From positions 15,170 to 79,169 of IMG/VR virus record IMGVR_UViG_3300021963_003887: a stretch of DNA of 64,000 nt; one strand, written 5' to 3'. The translations under genes were made by a program, and so were the position numbers. The stretch comes from a virus. Taxonomy: Duplodnaviria > Caudoviricetes. The notes under the pieces are model-generated. The model had not been told where the DNA came from. It ran no database searches and was given only the letters and a program-made list of their open reading frames with translations. This document shows positions 38,979-48,382 of this stretch, piece after piece (position 1 is the first letter of the stretch; each line of letters opens with the position of its first letter).

Positions 38979-41173
38979 TGGCATATAAAGTATTTTTTAC
39001 CGACAGCACATTACATCCAGAACCGTTAGACGTTCCAGATAATTTTCCTAATACGTCAACGAGTATTTCTATTCCTGGTAGGAATCAAACAGGGTACGGA
39101 AAAATTATTGCTGAAAATTTTATTCATTTGCTTGAAAATTTTGCCAGCGGTTCAGCACCAGAAACATCTAAATCCGTTATAGGCCAACTATGGTTTAATT
39201 CAGATGAAAATAAACTTTACGTATATGATGGAATAGAATATAAGACAACCAGCAACATTAGCACAGGGGTCAATGAGCCAACAGGTGCTAGTCTTGGAGA
39301 CTTATGGGTAAACTCTAGTACTCAACAATTATACCTATGGTCTGGAACTAATTGGGTTTTAATTGGACCGCAATTTAGTGAAGGTACAAAATCAGGACCA
39401 TTAGTTGAAACTATTCTCGACATTGATAACATTGAAAGAACAGTTATTGTATTTTACACTAAAGACATACCAGTGAGTATTGTCAGTAAAGACGATTTTA
39501 TTCCTAAAGTTGTTATTCAGGGTTTTCCGGAAATCGGAGCAGGTATAAATGTTACTGCTAGAACAGATATTTCTGAAGAAGTGGTATTACCTAGATTAAT
39601 AGGTGTAGCTAGATCAGCACAGAATTTATTAGTAGCAGACGAGGAAATACCATCCTCTAGATTTATTAGAAGTGATGAATCGGGAACAATACAAGCAACA
39701 CTAGCTGTAAGAGACGATGCTGGATTATTTGTAGGTACTAACGGTAATATCAACTTATCGGTAAGATCGTCTAACGGCACACTGTATAATTCTACTCCTG
39801 GTGCTGCTATTGATTTACAAACAACAAGAACCGGTGCTGCTGGGTTACCAACAACCGTTGTAAAAATAGTTGAAGACAGGGTAGGCATTAACAACACCAA
39901 TCCTCAACAGCCGTTAGATGTCGGCGGTAATGTTAAGATAGCAGGCGAAATTATTAATACATCAGAACAGCAGTCGTCAAATCTTAGCAATGGTGCTATA
40001 CAAACAGCTGGCGGTGCTGCTATCGCTAAGAACTTAAACGTTGGCGGCGACCTTTCGGTATTAAGCGGAAACATTTTTTCTAAATCTATTAAACCGTTAA
40101 CAGGCTCCGAAACAATTGGAGATGCTTCTAATAGATATAGTACAGTTTATGCCAATACAATTGATGCTTCAATTATTAAAGGTAACTTAAGCGGTAACCT
40201 TGCTGGTAACGCTCAAACAGCAACATCGTTACAATCAGCAACTAATTTTAAGTTAGAAGGTGACATTTCTAGTAACGTGGTAGTATTCAATGGTACAGGA
40301 AATCTTACAAAAACATTTGTTACTACATTAACATCTGATATTATTTCTACAAAATCTGCACTAGGTAATGTACGGGATACAGATGAATTGTTAGTATATA
40401 GAAGTACTCTTGGTCTTCGTAAGATGACAAGAGAAACCTTTATTGACGATGCTGGTGTTCCTCTTGGAGCAGTGTTACCATATGCCGGAACTACAGCACC
40501 GACTGGTTATCTACTTTGTGATGGATCGGAATATGAAGCTTATAGATTTAGAGATCTGTATGATGTAATCGGAGCAAATGTAAACTATAAAAATTTAGGA
40601 AGAACAGTCAACCTTGACTTAAAAGGATCAGACAAGGGTGCTACTTTCCGTGTGCCAGATCTGCGAGGCAGATTTGTTTTAGGTAAACAGGATATGAACG
40701 CAGATACAACTATTCCTTATCCTGGCGGAAATAATAGTCCTGCAGCTGAAACTCCGTTATCTGAAGTGGGAGGTAACAGAGTAGCAGATACAGCCTCGGC
40801 AAATAGTTTAGGTAGAGCAGGCGGTGCTGACCAATACACGTTACAAACACCAAACGTTCCTGACCACGAACACGACATGTATGGTAGATCTAGTGCTAAT
40901 ATTAGAGCTACTCAATATTATGCCATTACAGAATCGCCTACAGCTAATTTAGATTATCAACCGGGCGGATCTGTTGCCAATGTAAGGATAGAAGGCGGAA
41001 CAGTGGCGAACGGAGCACAGGCAATGGCGTCATCTGGATTAGTCAAAGTCACAGATGAGAATAAAAGAAGACCAGGCTTTGCTGATTCGCAAACGGGTAA
41101 ACCTTTTACAGTAATGAATCCGTTCCTTACTTTAAATTATATTATTCGAAGCGGTAGACCTTCTAATGATTAA
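38978..41173 (+). CDS. tail fibre protein with tail-collar domain
   Basis: shared fibre N-terminus (GYG...AENFIHLLENFA); collar motif PLGAVLPYAG..AP.GYLLCDG, VPDLRGRF, HEH, MNPFLTLNYII. Confidence 0.85.
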   Translation: MAYKVFFTDSTLHPEPLDVPDNFPNTSTSISIPGRNQTGYGKIIAENFIHLLENFASGSAPETSKSVIGQLWFNSDENKLYVYDGIEYKTTSNISTGVNEPTGASLGDLWVNSSTQQLYLWSGTNWVLIGPQFSEGTKSGPLVETILDIDNIERTVIVFYTKDIPVSIVSKDDFIPKVVIQGFPEIGAGINVTARTDISEEVVLPRLIGVARSAQNLLVADEEIPSSRFIRSDESGTIQATLAVRDDAGLFVGTNGNINLSVRSSNGTLYNSTPGAAIDLQTTRTGAAGLPTTVVKIVEDRVGINNTNPQQPLDVGGNVKIAGEIINTSEQQSSNLSNGAIQTAGGAAIAKNLNVGGDLSVLSGNIFSKSIKPLTGSETIGDASNRYSTVYANTIDASIIKGNLSGNLAGNAQTATSLQSATNFKLEGDISSNVVVFNGTGNLTKTFVTTLTSDIISTKSALGNVRDTDELLVYRSTLGLRKMTRETFIDDAGVPLGAVLPYAGTTAPTGYLLCDGSEYEAYRFRDLYDVIGANVNYKNLGRTVNLDLKGSDKGATFRVPDLRGRFVLGKQDMNADTTIPYPGGNNSPAAETPLSEVGGNRVADTASANSLGRAGGADQYTLQTPNVPDHEHDMYGRSSANIRATQYYAITESPTANLDYQPGGSVANVRIEGGTVANGAQAMASSGLVKVTDENKRRPGFADSQTGKPFTVMNPFLTLNYIIRSGRPSND

Positions 41174-41185
41174 CGGAGCGATTTA

Positions 41186-43252
41186 ATGGCCTATACAGTA
41201 AACAAAACAGACGGATCGATAGTAGCTACAGTAGCTGACGGTCAGATAGATCAAGGATCTACTGATTTAACGTTAATAGGAAAAAATTTCAGCGGGTTCG
41301 GTGATTACCTTAATGAAAATTTTGTACACCTACTAGAAAATTTTGCTGGACAATCACAGCCGTCTCAACCTTTGTTGGGACAATTATGGTTTGACACAAC
41401 AGAAAACAGAATTAAAGTTTATTCGGGCAACGAATGGAAATCTGTAGGAACTGCTGCGTTATCTATCGCACGACCTTTAGATATCAGCACCGGTGACTTT
41501 TGGTTTAATACATCATTGGCACAGTTATTTTTCTTTGATGGCAATCAAGATACACTAGTAGCTCCTATATATAGTTCGTCTCAAAATATCAGCGGATTTA
41601 GAATAGAAACAGTTGAAGATTCGGATAGAAGAAATAAAATTATATCTGGTGTTTATAATGCTGGAAGATTGATGGGGTATTTTAGTGCCCAGGAATTTAC
41701 ATTAAGAAATCCTATATCAGATTATAATACAGCCAATCAAAACGGTGAAACTATACCTAATACTTTAATTAAGATTGGATTTAACCCAGCAGATCCATCT
41801 TTTAAATGGCAAGGTACTACTTATAATTCTGATAGATTAGGAGAAGTAGATTCGTCAAATTATGTAAGAAAAGATTTATCTAACGTTCTTACAGCGGCAT
41901 TAACAGTTCAAAATAATGAAGGATTGTTTTTTGGAACAGGTCCTCAAGGGCAATTAGCTGTTGAAAATTTTAGAGATGTGACTATAAGGAACACATCAGA
42001 TGAGGGAAGAATAACTTTAAGAGCTACACGGGCTGGAAACTTATTAAGTTATTTTTCAATCGCTCCCGATGCTAGCGGTTCAGATTTGATCGAGATTGCT
42101 CCATCAAATCCTTTGAGCTTAACTACAATTGGAGGCAGTGTTGAAATTACAGGAGACCTAAAAGTATTAGGAAATATGGTCAGCGTTGATGTTTCAACAC
42201 TAAGGGTAGAAGATAAAAATATAGAACTTGGTAAAAAATCCGACAATACAAACATTACTGATGCTCAAGCCTATGGTGGCGGAATTGTATTAAAAGGGGA
42301 TACTGATCATTACATTGTTTGGAATCAAATTGAGTCGGCAGTAGCCGATGAACAAGATTGGGACTTTAGTGAAAACATTGATATTCCGTCTACCCGCTCT
42401 TATAAGATAGGTGGTGTCGAAGTTTTACGAAATAATGGTGTTACTATAGAACTAACATCAGCAGTGACAACAGCTCCGGGATTAGTTAGTTTCGGATCAC
42501 AAACATCACTTACAGCAGACAATATCACAATCGACGATAATAGGATTTCTAATAATGGACGCACAACTCCGTATGTAAACGGAGATCCTGCTAATCCTAC
42601 TAATTTAGTTTTTGAACCTTTAGGTGATGTAGAATTTACAGGTAATCCTAGATTGTTAGGAATTGCCACCGACGGCGAAAATGCTCCGGATCAAACTCAA
42701 GAAGGATATACCTACCTTTCTGTTAACGATCCTGATCAATTAGAACAAGCAACATCTAAAAAATATGTTACTAATCTAGTTAGAACTCGTAGCATTCCTT
42801 TAACTTTAGACATTACAAAAAATACCAACAGTGGACAAGGTACACAGGCAGAACAACCATTAACTAACGCAGAAATTATTGCCATAGTTACTGATATTTG
42901 TCCTCCAGACGAGTATGAAGAAAATACATTGTGTCGCATAGCAACTACTAGGTACTATCAAGAAGATATTGCTCAGCAGACATTTACTATTAATTACTCT
43001 ACATTGTATGAAGTTGATGGTTCAGAAACACCCGGCGGAGTAGAAACACCACACGGTGTTGTACTGGATATACAAAATCCTGTAGTAATACCTGCTAAAG
43101 CACCGCCGTTGTTATTTGTAAGAAGAGGGTTGATAATATTAAAATTAGAAAATATTTCATCAACATTAACATGGACCGTTGACACCGCGTTGGTTGAAGA
43201 TCCATCGCCATACGACATCCCGTATTCAACATACAGTACAAGATTACCATAA
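41186..43252 (+). CDS. tail fibre protein (paralog)
   Basis: LIGKNFSGFG..LNENFVHLLENFA, GQLWFD/GDFWFN repeats, VEDKNIELG. Confidence 0.75.
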   Translation: MAYTVNKTDGSIVATVADGQIDQGSTDLTLIGKNFSGFGDYLNENFVHLLENFAGQSQPSQPLLGQLWFDTTENRIKVYSGNEWKSVGTAALSIARPLDISTGDFWFNTSLAQLFFFDGNQDTLVAPIYSSSQNISGFRIETVEDSDRRNKIISGVYNAGRLMGYFSAQEFTLRNPISDYNTANQNGETIPNTLIKIGFNPADPSFKWQGTTYNSDRLGEVDSSNYVRKDLSNVLTAALTVQNNEGLFFGTGPQGQLAVENFRDVTIRNTSDEGRITLRATRAGNLLSYFSIAPDASGSDLIEIAPSNPLSLTTIGGSVEITGDLKVLGNMVSVDVSTLRVEDKNIELGKKSDNTNITDAQAYGGGIVLKGDTDHYIVWNQIESAVADEQDWDFSENIDIPSTRSYKIGGVEVLRNNGVTIELTSAVTTAPGLVSFGSQTSLTADNITIDDNRISNNGRTTPYVNGDPANPTNLVFEPLGDVEFTGNPRLLGIATDGENAPDQTQEGYTYLSVNDPDQLEQATSKKYVTNLVRTRSIPLTLDITKNTNSGQGTQAEQPLTNAEIIAIVTDICPPDEYEENTLCRIATTRYYQEDIAQQTFTINYSTLYEVDGSETPGGVETPHGVVLDIQNPVVIPAKAPPLLFVRRGLIILKLENISSTLTWTVDTALVEDPSPYDIPYSTYSTRLP

Positions 43253-43264
43253 TGGAAGAGCGAC

Positions 43265-45235
43265 ATGCCATATCAAATTAATAAATTCAACGGAGAGCGA
43301 CTAGTTATACTAGAAGATGGTACACTAGATTCTACAACCAACATTAACCTAGTAGGTAAAAACTTTGCCGGCTACGGCGAAACACAAAATGAAAATTTTG
43401 TATGGTTACTAGAAAATTTTGCCAGCGGTATAGCACCCGGAAAACCGTTAACCGGACAAATATGGTATGATACTGTTACTAAAAAAATTAAAGTTTATTC
43501 GGGATCAACATGGAATTTTGTAGGCGGAACTAAACTATCAGCCACTGAACCAATTGATCCTTCAGAGGGTGATGGTTGGTACGATAGTGATGATGGAAAA
43601 TTTTATGTATATGACGGCACAGATTTTAAGTTTATAGGACCCGAAACTGTAGCAGGTTTTGGAAATACAAGACACGTTTCAGATAAGATAGTTGATTCAT
43701 TAGGAAACAATGTTCCAGTAATTAAAACTTTAATTAATGACTCAGTAATAGCTATCACAGCAGATAGATCTTTCAATCCGTTAACTCCTATTACAGGATT
43801 TACATCATTTGTAAAAGGTATAAATTTTTCTAGTACATCTGTCCTTAACGGCAACGTTTCGGGAAATGCTGGCTCAGCAAATGTTTTATCTACAGCTAGA
43901 AATATCAACGGAGTATCATTTAATGGATCCGCTGATGTTACTGTAAAAGCATCTACTACTCATGAGTTGATAGCTGGAAATTACATCACAGGTTCTGATT
44001 TTGACGGATCTAGTCCTATCACATGGACACTTGATGCTTCATCTAACAATGTTCAGGATACTGTGGTTGTTAGAGATAGCTCGGGAAATTTTGCTGCTAA
44101 TACTATAGTAGCTAATCTTACAGGCAACAGTGTAGGCACACATACCGGCCCTGTTGTTGGTGGTGTCACAGGAAATGTTATAGGTAATTTAACCGGTAAT
44201 GTTTTAGGAAATGTCACAGGCGATGTAGTTGGTGATGTCACAGGTTCATTAACAGGCAGTGTGTTGGGTAATGTCAAGGGTAGTTTAATTGCTGCCGACA
44301 ATTCCGTAGCCTATGACGGTACTACGAAAATTTTTACAGGTACGCTAACAGGTAATGCTACCACAGCTACACGACTACAGAGCAACATACTCATCAACAA
44401 CGTTCCTTTTACAGGACAATCTAGTATCACTGTTTATGATAATACTAAATTTCCTAGTACTGGAGGAACATTAACTGGACCGTTAGTTCTTTATAACGAT
44501 CCTACCACAGGATTAAGTGCTGCTACAAAACAATATGTAGATAGTAGAGATACGTTAATTAGAAATGATGTTCTTGCTGCTATTCCAACAAACTATGTAA
44601 TTACTTACGGCAACACTCAGTATAGTCAGGCAGGATTTACAAATCAAGTAGGATCATTTAATAATGGAGCAAACTTTTTTGATGTTTATCCTCCGGGCGG
44701 GGAACCATCACAGGTAGTTTCTGCTAACATTAGAACTATTAATGATTGGATTAATTGGGCAAACAATCCTAATTCGATTGATGCTAATCAATGGATTGTT
44801 ATAGATCCTCCGTTAAGAGCACCTGCGTTTTTAGGAACTGAATTTTATAATGTAGATTTAGCGATTGATTATAACGGAGAAACTGTAGCAACATCGACAC
44901 AAGAAACTGCTACACAATTAACTGTTGGCAATCGAACATATAGTAGAGGTGCTCTAGCATTTTCTGGACAATTTTCAACAGATTTTGGAGATGGTGAAAA
45001 AATATATACTGTCGCTGTTTATGATTATTCAATTTTATCAACTGGCGGCAAAACAATGAACGACCTCGTAGCATTTATACCAAGTATTGCTGTTATTCAT
45101 TATGCTGGCGGTGTTGACGGAAACGACAGTCTACGTTGTACTTGGACTAATTTAGGCGATAGGATTAGAGTTTATGTACAGAATACAGAACAACGATCAA
45201 CCCCAGCTGCCAACTGGTTAGCTATTTGGAGATAA
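43265..45235 (+). CDS. tail fibre protein (paralog) with GxVT/GNVxG repeats
   Basis: shared N-terminus; ARNINGVSFNGSADVT, GGTLTGPL, AATKQYVD fibre motifs. Confidence 0.8.
   Translation: MPYQINKFNGERLVILEDGTLDSTTNINLVGKNFAGYGETQNENFVWLLENFASGIAPGKPLTGQIWYDTVTKKIKVYSGSTWNFVGGTKLSATEPIDPSEGDGWYDSDDGKFYVYDGTDFKFIGPETVAGFGNTRHVSDKIVDSLGNNVPVIKTLINDSVIAITADRSFNPLTPITGFTSFVKGINFSSTSVLNGNVSGNAGSANVLSTARNINGVSFNGSADVTVKASTTHELIAGNYITGSDFDGSSPITWTLDASSNNVQDTVVVRDSSGNFAANTIVANLTGNSVGTHTGPVVGGVTGNVIGNLTGNVLGNVTGDVVGDVTGSLTGSVLGNVKGSLIAADNSVAYDGTTKIFTGTLTGNATTATRLQSNILINNVPFTGQSSITVYDNTKFPSTGGTLTGPLVLYNDPTTGLSAATKQYVDSRDTLIRNDVLAAIPTNYVITYGNTQYSQAGFTNQVGSFNNGANFFDVYPPGGEPSQVVSANIRTINDWINWANNPNSIDANQWIVIDPPLRAPAFLGTEFYNVDLAIDYNGETVATSTQETATQLTVGNRTYSRGALAFSGQFSTDFGDGEKIYTVAVYDYSILSTGGKTMNDLVAFIPSIAVIHYAGGVDGNDSLRCTWTNLGDRIRVYVQNTEQRSTPAANWLAIWR
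44150..44290. repeat. 12-nt-period coding repeat (G-N/D/S-V/L-T/I/L tetrapeptide)
   Basis: TGTCACAGG recurs three times; protein GGVTGNVIGNLTGNVLGNVTGDVVGDVTGSLTGSVLGNVKG. Confidence 0.7.
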
Positions 45236-45236
45236 C

Positions 45237-45596
45237 ATGTACTACGTTTGTATAGAAAATAATCAAATCACAACAATATTAAATTATCAGCCTAATGTTC
45301 CTGGTACTGTGTCAGTAACTGCAATTACTGATGAACAATATGATCAACTTGTTAACGACACACATTTTTTTAATGTAGCAACAAACACAGTTGAGTCATT
45401 GACCAATGAACAAATAATTGCTAAATCAACGTTTAATCAAAACAGTGTACATAGAGAATTTTTAAACACCACTGATTGGAAAGTTTTAAGACACATGAGA
45501 CAAAAGGCATTGGCGTTGCCTACAACACTAACAGACGCTGAGTATTTAGAACTAGAGCAGCAAAGACAAACTGCCGCAGATAGCATAACAGAATAA
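45237..45596 (+). CDS. tail fibre assembly chaperone-like protein
   Basis: directly follows a fibre gene; R.FLNTTDWKVLRH...RQ.A motif typical of fibre chaperones. Confidence 0.65.
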   Translation: MYYVCIENNQITTILNYQPNVPGTVSVTAITDEQYDQLVNDTHFFNVATNTVESLTNEQIIAKSTFNQNSVHREFLNTTDWKVLRHMRQKALALPTTLTDAEYLELEQQRQTAADSITE

Positions 45597-45608
45597 TAGG
45601 AGCAAGTA

Positions 45609-47390
45609 ATGCCATACCAGATAGATAGATATAACGGATCGTTTTTTATAGAAGTTCCTGATCAAACGGTTGACAGTTCTAGTTCCGATCTAAAACTTAT
45701 TGGAAAAAATTATGCTGGATATGGTGAGGTCCAGAACGAAAATGTTTTACATCTGCTAGAAAATTTTAGAGGATTTAGTGCTCCTAGAAGACCTATTATT
45801 GGTCAGATATGGTACGACGAATTAAACAATAAATTAAAATTTTATGACGATACTCAAAAATGGAAAACTGTTTCTGTAACCGACGTGTCCAGCACAGCAC
45901 CAACAGGCTTGTCAGTTAAAGACAAGGGAAACCTTTGGTACAACGATGCTCTAGATCAATTAAACATCTGGGATGGTACTGATTATAGAATTATTGGACC
46001 AGAAATAGCAGTAGGATTCGGAGAAACTAAATTATCATCAGGAACAATACGTGATAACGGAAACGTTGAATATCCTATAATCAAAGTCTTTAATAATGAT
46101 AAAGTTATCGCAGTTGTAAGTAACGATCAATTTGACATTGGAATTATTGATACTATTGATGGATTTACAACTATCAAGAAAGGATTCACTCTAGTTGATA
46201 CTGCTGCTAGCGGTGTAACATCTTCGCAATATAGATACTGGGGAACAGCTAGTAATTCGGAAAAGTTCTCAGGATTTACTACTGCTGATTTTGTTATGCG
46301 TGGCATGAACGGATCTACTTTTGGAGATACAGGGGTAACTTTAGGCGATGACAACGATTTAAAAATATTTGTTGAAGATTTTAACAAGATTGTTATATCT
46401 AGCCAGTTAAATGGTCCATTAAAAATACGTGTAAAGAACGGTGCTATTAACAATGATGTAGCTATTTTCTCTGAAGCAGGCATAGAACCTAATACTACTG
46501 AAGTATATAACTTGGGTTCGTCTGCTAAAAAATGGAGTGCTATACATTCCAAAGATGTATTTGGTAATGTCATAGGTACATTACAAGGGGATCTACTAGC
46601 AGAAGACGATCAAGTAATGTTCGATGCTAGTCTTAAAGAATTTTACGGTACACATGTAGGTATTAACAAAGGCGACATCAGAGCAGCAGATAATTCGTTA
46701 TGTTTTGATTCATCTGCTAGGGCGTTTACAGGTGCTTCGGGTACATTTACTAATGTAACTACAGATATACTAACATTAGTTGACAAAGTTATTGGTGATC
46801 TCAAAGGAGACATCTACGCCAGTGATGATACTATTGCCTATAATGCAGGAACAAAAATATTCACAGGATCGTTAGTCGGTAACGCAGACACAGCCGCTAA
46901 ATTACAATCGCCTAAGTATATTAACGGTGTTGCTTTTGACGGATCAGAAAATATCAATGTCATTGACGAAACTAGAGTAGCTAAATCCGGCGGCATTATG
47001 ACCGGGTATCTAACCTTAGTAGATGACCCTATTAATGATAAACATGCTGCCACTAAGAAATATGTTGATGATCAAATAGCAAATAGAACATTATATTTTA
47101 GTTTGGATACTAATGGATTATCGACTACAGGTTCGGGACCAGGGTCAGTAGCAGGTTTGTTAAATCAATTAGCACCACCATTAAACTTCCGTGTGGGCAC
47201 AATGGCACACATCGCCAGCACTATACAGAATGTATCAACATCAACGTCTGTTTCTAGAGGTAGTTGGATCAGCGTTTCGTTCGTAAGCAATGTTAGTGTA
47301 ACTACTACTGTTTCTAATCCTTCTAGAAATAATTTATTGATATATCGAGTTAATACAATACAGTCGAGTTGGGAATATGTCTCAGGTTAA
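45609..47390 (+). CDS. tail fibre protein (paralog)
   Basis: LIGKNYAGYGEVQNENVLHLLENF; INGVAFDGSENI; GGIMTGYL; HAATKKYVD. Confidence 0.8.
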   Translation: MPYQIDRYNGSFFIEVPDQTVDSSSSDLKLIGKNYAGYGEVQNENVLHLLENFRGFSAPRRPIIGQIWYDELNNKLKFYDDTQKWKTVSVTDVSSTAPTGLSVKDKGNLWYNDALDQLNIWDGTDYRIIGPEIAVGFGETKLSSGTIRDNGNVEYPIIKVFNNDKVIAVVSNDQFDIGIIDTIDGFTTIKKGFTLVDTAASGVTSSQYRYWGTASNSEKFSGFTTADFVMRGMNGSTFGDTGVTLGDDNDLKIFVEDFNKIVISSQLNGPLKIRVKNGAINNDVAIFSEAGIEPNTTEVYNLGSSAKKWSAIHSKDVFGNVIGTLQGDLLAEDDQVMFDASLKEFYGTHVGINKGDIRAADNSLCFDSSARAFTGASGTFTNVTTDILTLVDKVIGDLKGDIYASDDTIAYNAGTKIFTGSLVGNADTAAKLQSPKYINGVAFDGSENINVIDETRVAKSGGIMTGYLTLVDDPINDKHAATKKYVDDQIANRTLYFSLDTNGLSTTGSGPGSVAGLLNQLAPPLNFRVGTMAHIASTIQNVSTSTSVSRGSWISVSFVSNVSVTTTVSNPSRNNLLIYRVNTIQSSWEYVSG

Positions 47391-47874
47391 ATTAGTAAAA
47401 AACTATGTTACTAATGTAGATGAAATCATCGAACTAGCTGAAAAGCATAGCGATAAGTTCTCTAGCCGCACTTCAACCGACACACATAATTTTAAAACAT
47501 CATACGGTAGCAGTAAATTAAAAAGCCTATTCCACTTTAATATGGATTCTGAATTAAAATCTGCTATCACAAAAACAATACCTGATGATGCTAGATTTAT
47601 AACCAGCATGACTATTAATAGATATGATCCGGGCGATTATCTATTGCGTCACAGAGATAGTATTGGGGGATATTGGAAATTTAAATTGATTTTTTTAAGA
47701 AGCGATAGGCCACATTTCAAATATTATGATGATCAAGGACAAGACCATTTGGTGGATGAGGAACCAGGTTCTCTTATCGACATGCCTTTACATCTAGAAC
47801 ATGAAGTTACAGAAATTGGATCTACTGAAAAATCCAAATACAGTTTAGTATTAGCTTGGGGAAGGATAGGATAA
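47377..47874 (+). CDS. 2OG-Fe(II) oxygenase
   Basis: INRYDPGDYLLRHRD (HxD), HEVTEI (distal H), KYSLV. Confidence 0.75.
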   Translation: MSQVKLVKNYVTNVDEIIELAEKHSDKFSSRTSTDTHNFKTSYGSSKLKSLFHFNMDSELKSAITKTIPDDARFITSMTINRYDPGDYLLRHRDSIGGYWKFKLIFLRSDRPHFKYYDDQGQDHLVDEEPGSLIDMPLHLEHEVTEIGSTEKSKYSLVLAWGRIG

Positions 47875-48344
47875 TGACAAAAATAGCAAGAGAATTACTT
47901 TTTATAAAAAACAGCGGAGTCCTTATTGGAGAAATTACTCCAGAAACTGACAGATCAACTTTAAATCTAGACAGCTTTGTTGTTAAGATGGTTGAATTAG
48001 ACGAGGATGCTGGTGACTATTGGTATGGAGATTATACCACAGGTGAAGTTAGATCTAGAGCAGATAAACCTGTAATCACAGAATCATATGTGAAGTATAA
48101 TACTAACGTATCTATACTTAATGAATACCCTATACATAAACAACTCAATATAATAATTGATATGTTAGATAGAAGCGAGATCGCAAAAACGTCTGAATTT
48201 ACAGCTCTTAAAGAGTTTTTAGAAGCTGCTAAACAGAATCATAGAGAGCAAATTGCTTCATATTCGGCAAATGCCGCTGCTTTTACATTTGTTTCTGAAG
48301 CCGAAGAAAAAGAAATTATAGCAAAAAAGCAGAATTTTGAATAA
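47874..48344 (+). CDS. hypothetical protein, possibly fibre chaperone
   Basis: ATG at 47874 coupled to the upstream TAA (TAATG) is preferred over the TTG at 47856; YPIHKQLNII motif. Confidence 0.55.
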   Translation: MTKIARELLFIKNSGVLIGEITPETDRSTLNLDSFVVKMVELDEDAGDYWYGDYTTGEVRSRADKPVITESYVKYNTNVSILNEYPIHKQLNIIIDMLDRSEIAKTSEFTALKEFLEAAKQNHREQIASYSANAAAFTFVSEAEEKEIIAKKQNFE

Positions 48345-48353
48345 ACAGTCTGC

Positions 48354-48361
48354 GATAAATA
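48354..48361 (+). promoter_or_regulatory. late promoter-like GATAAATA
   Basis: in a short intergenic gap before a fibre gene. Confidence 0.55.
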
Positions 48362-48382
48362 CAGTGAATTGGACGAACAACT

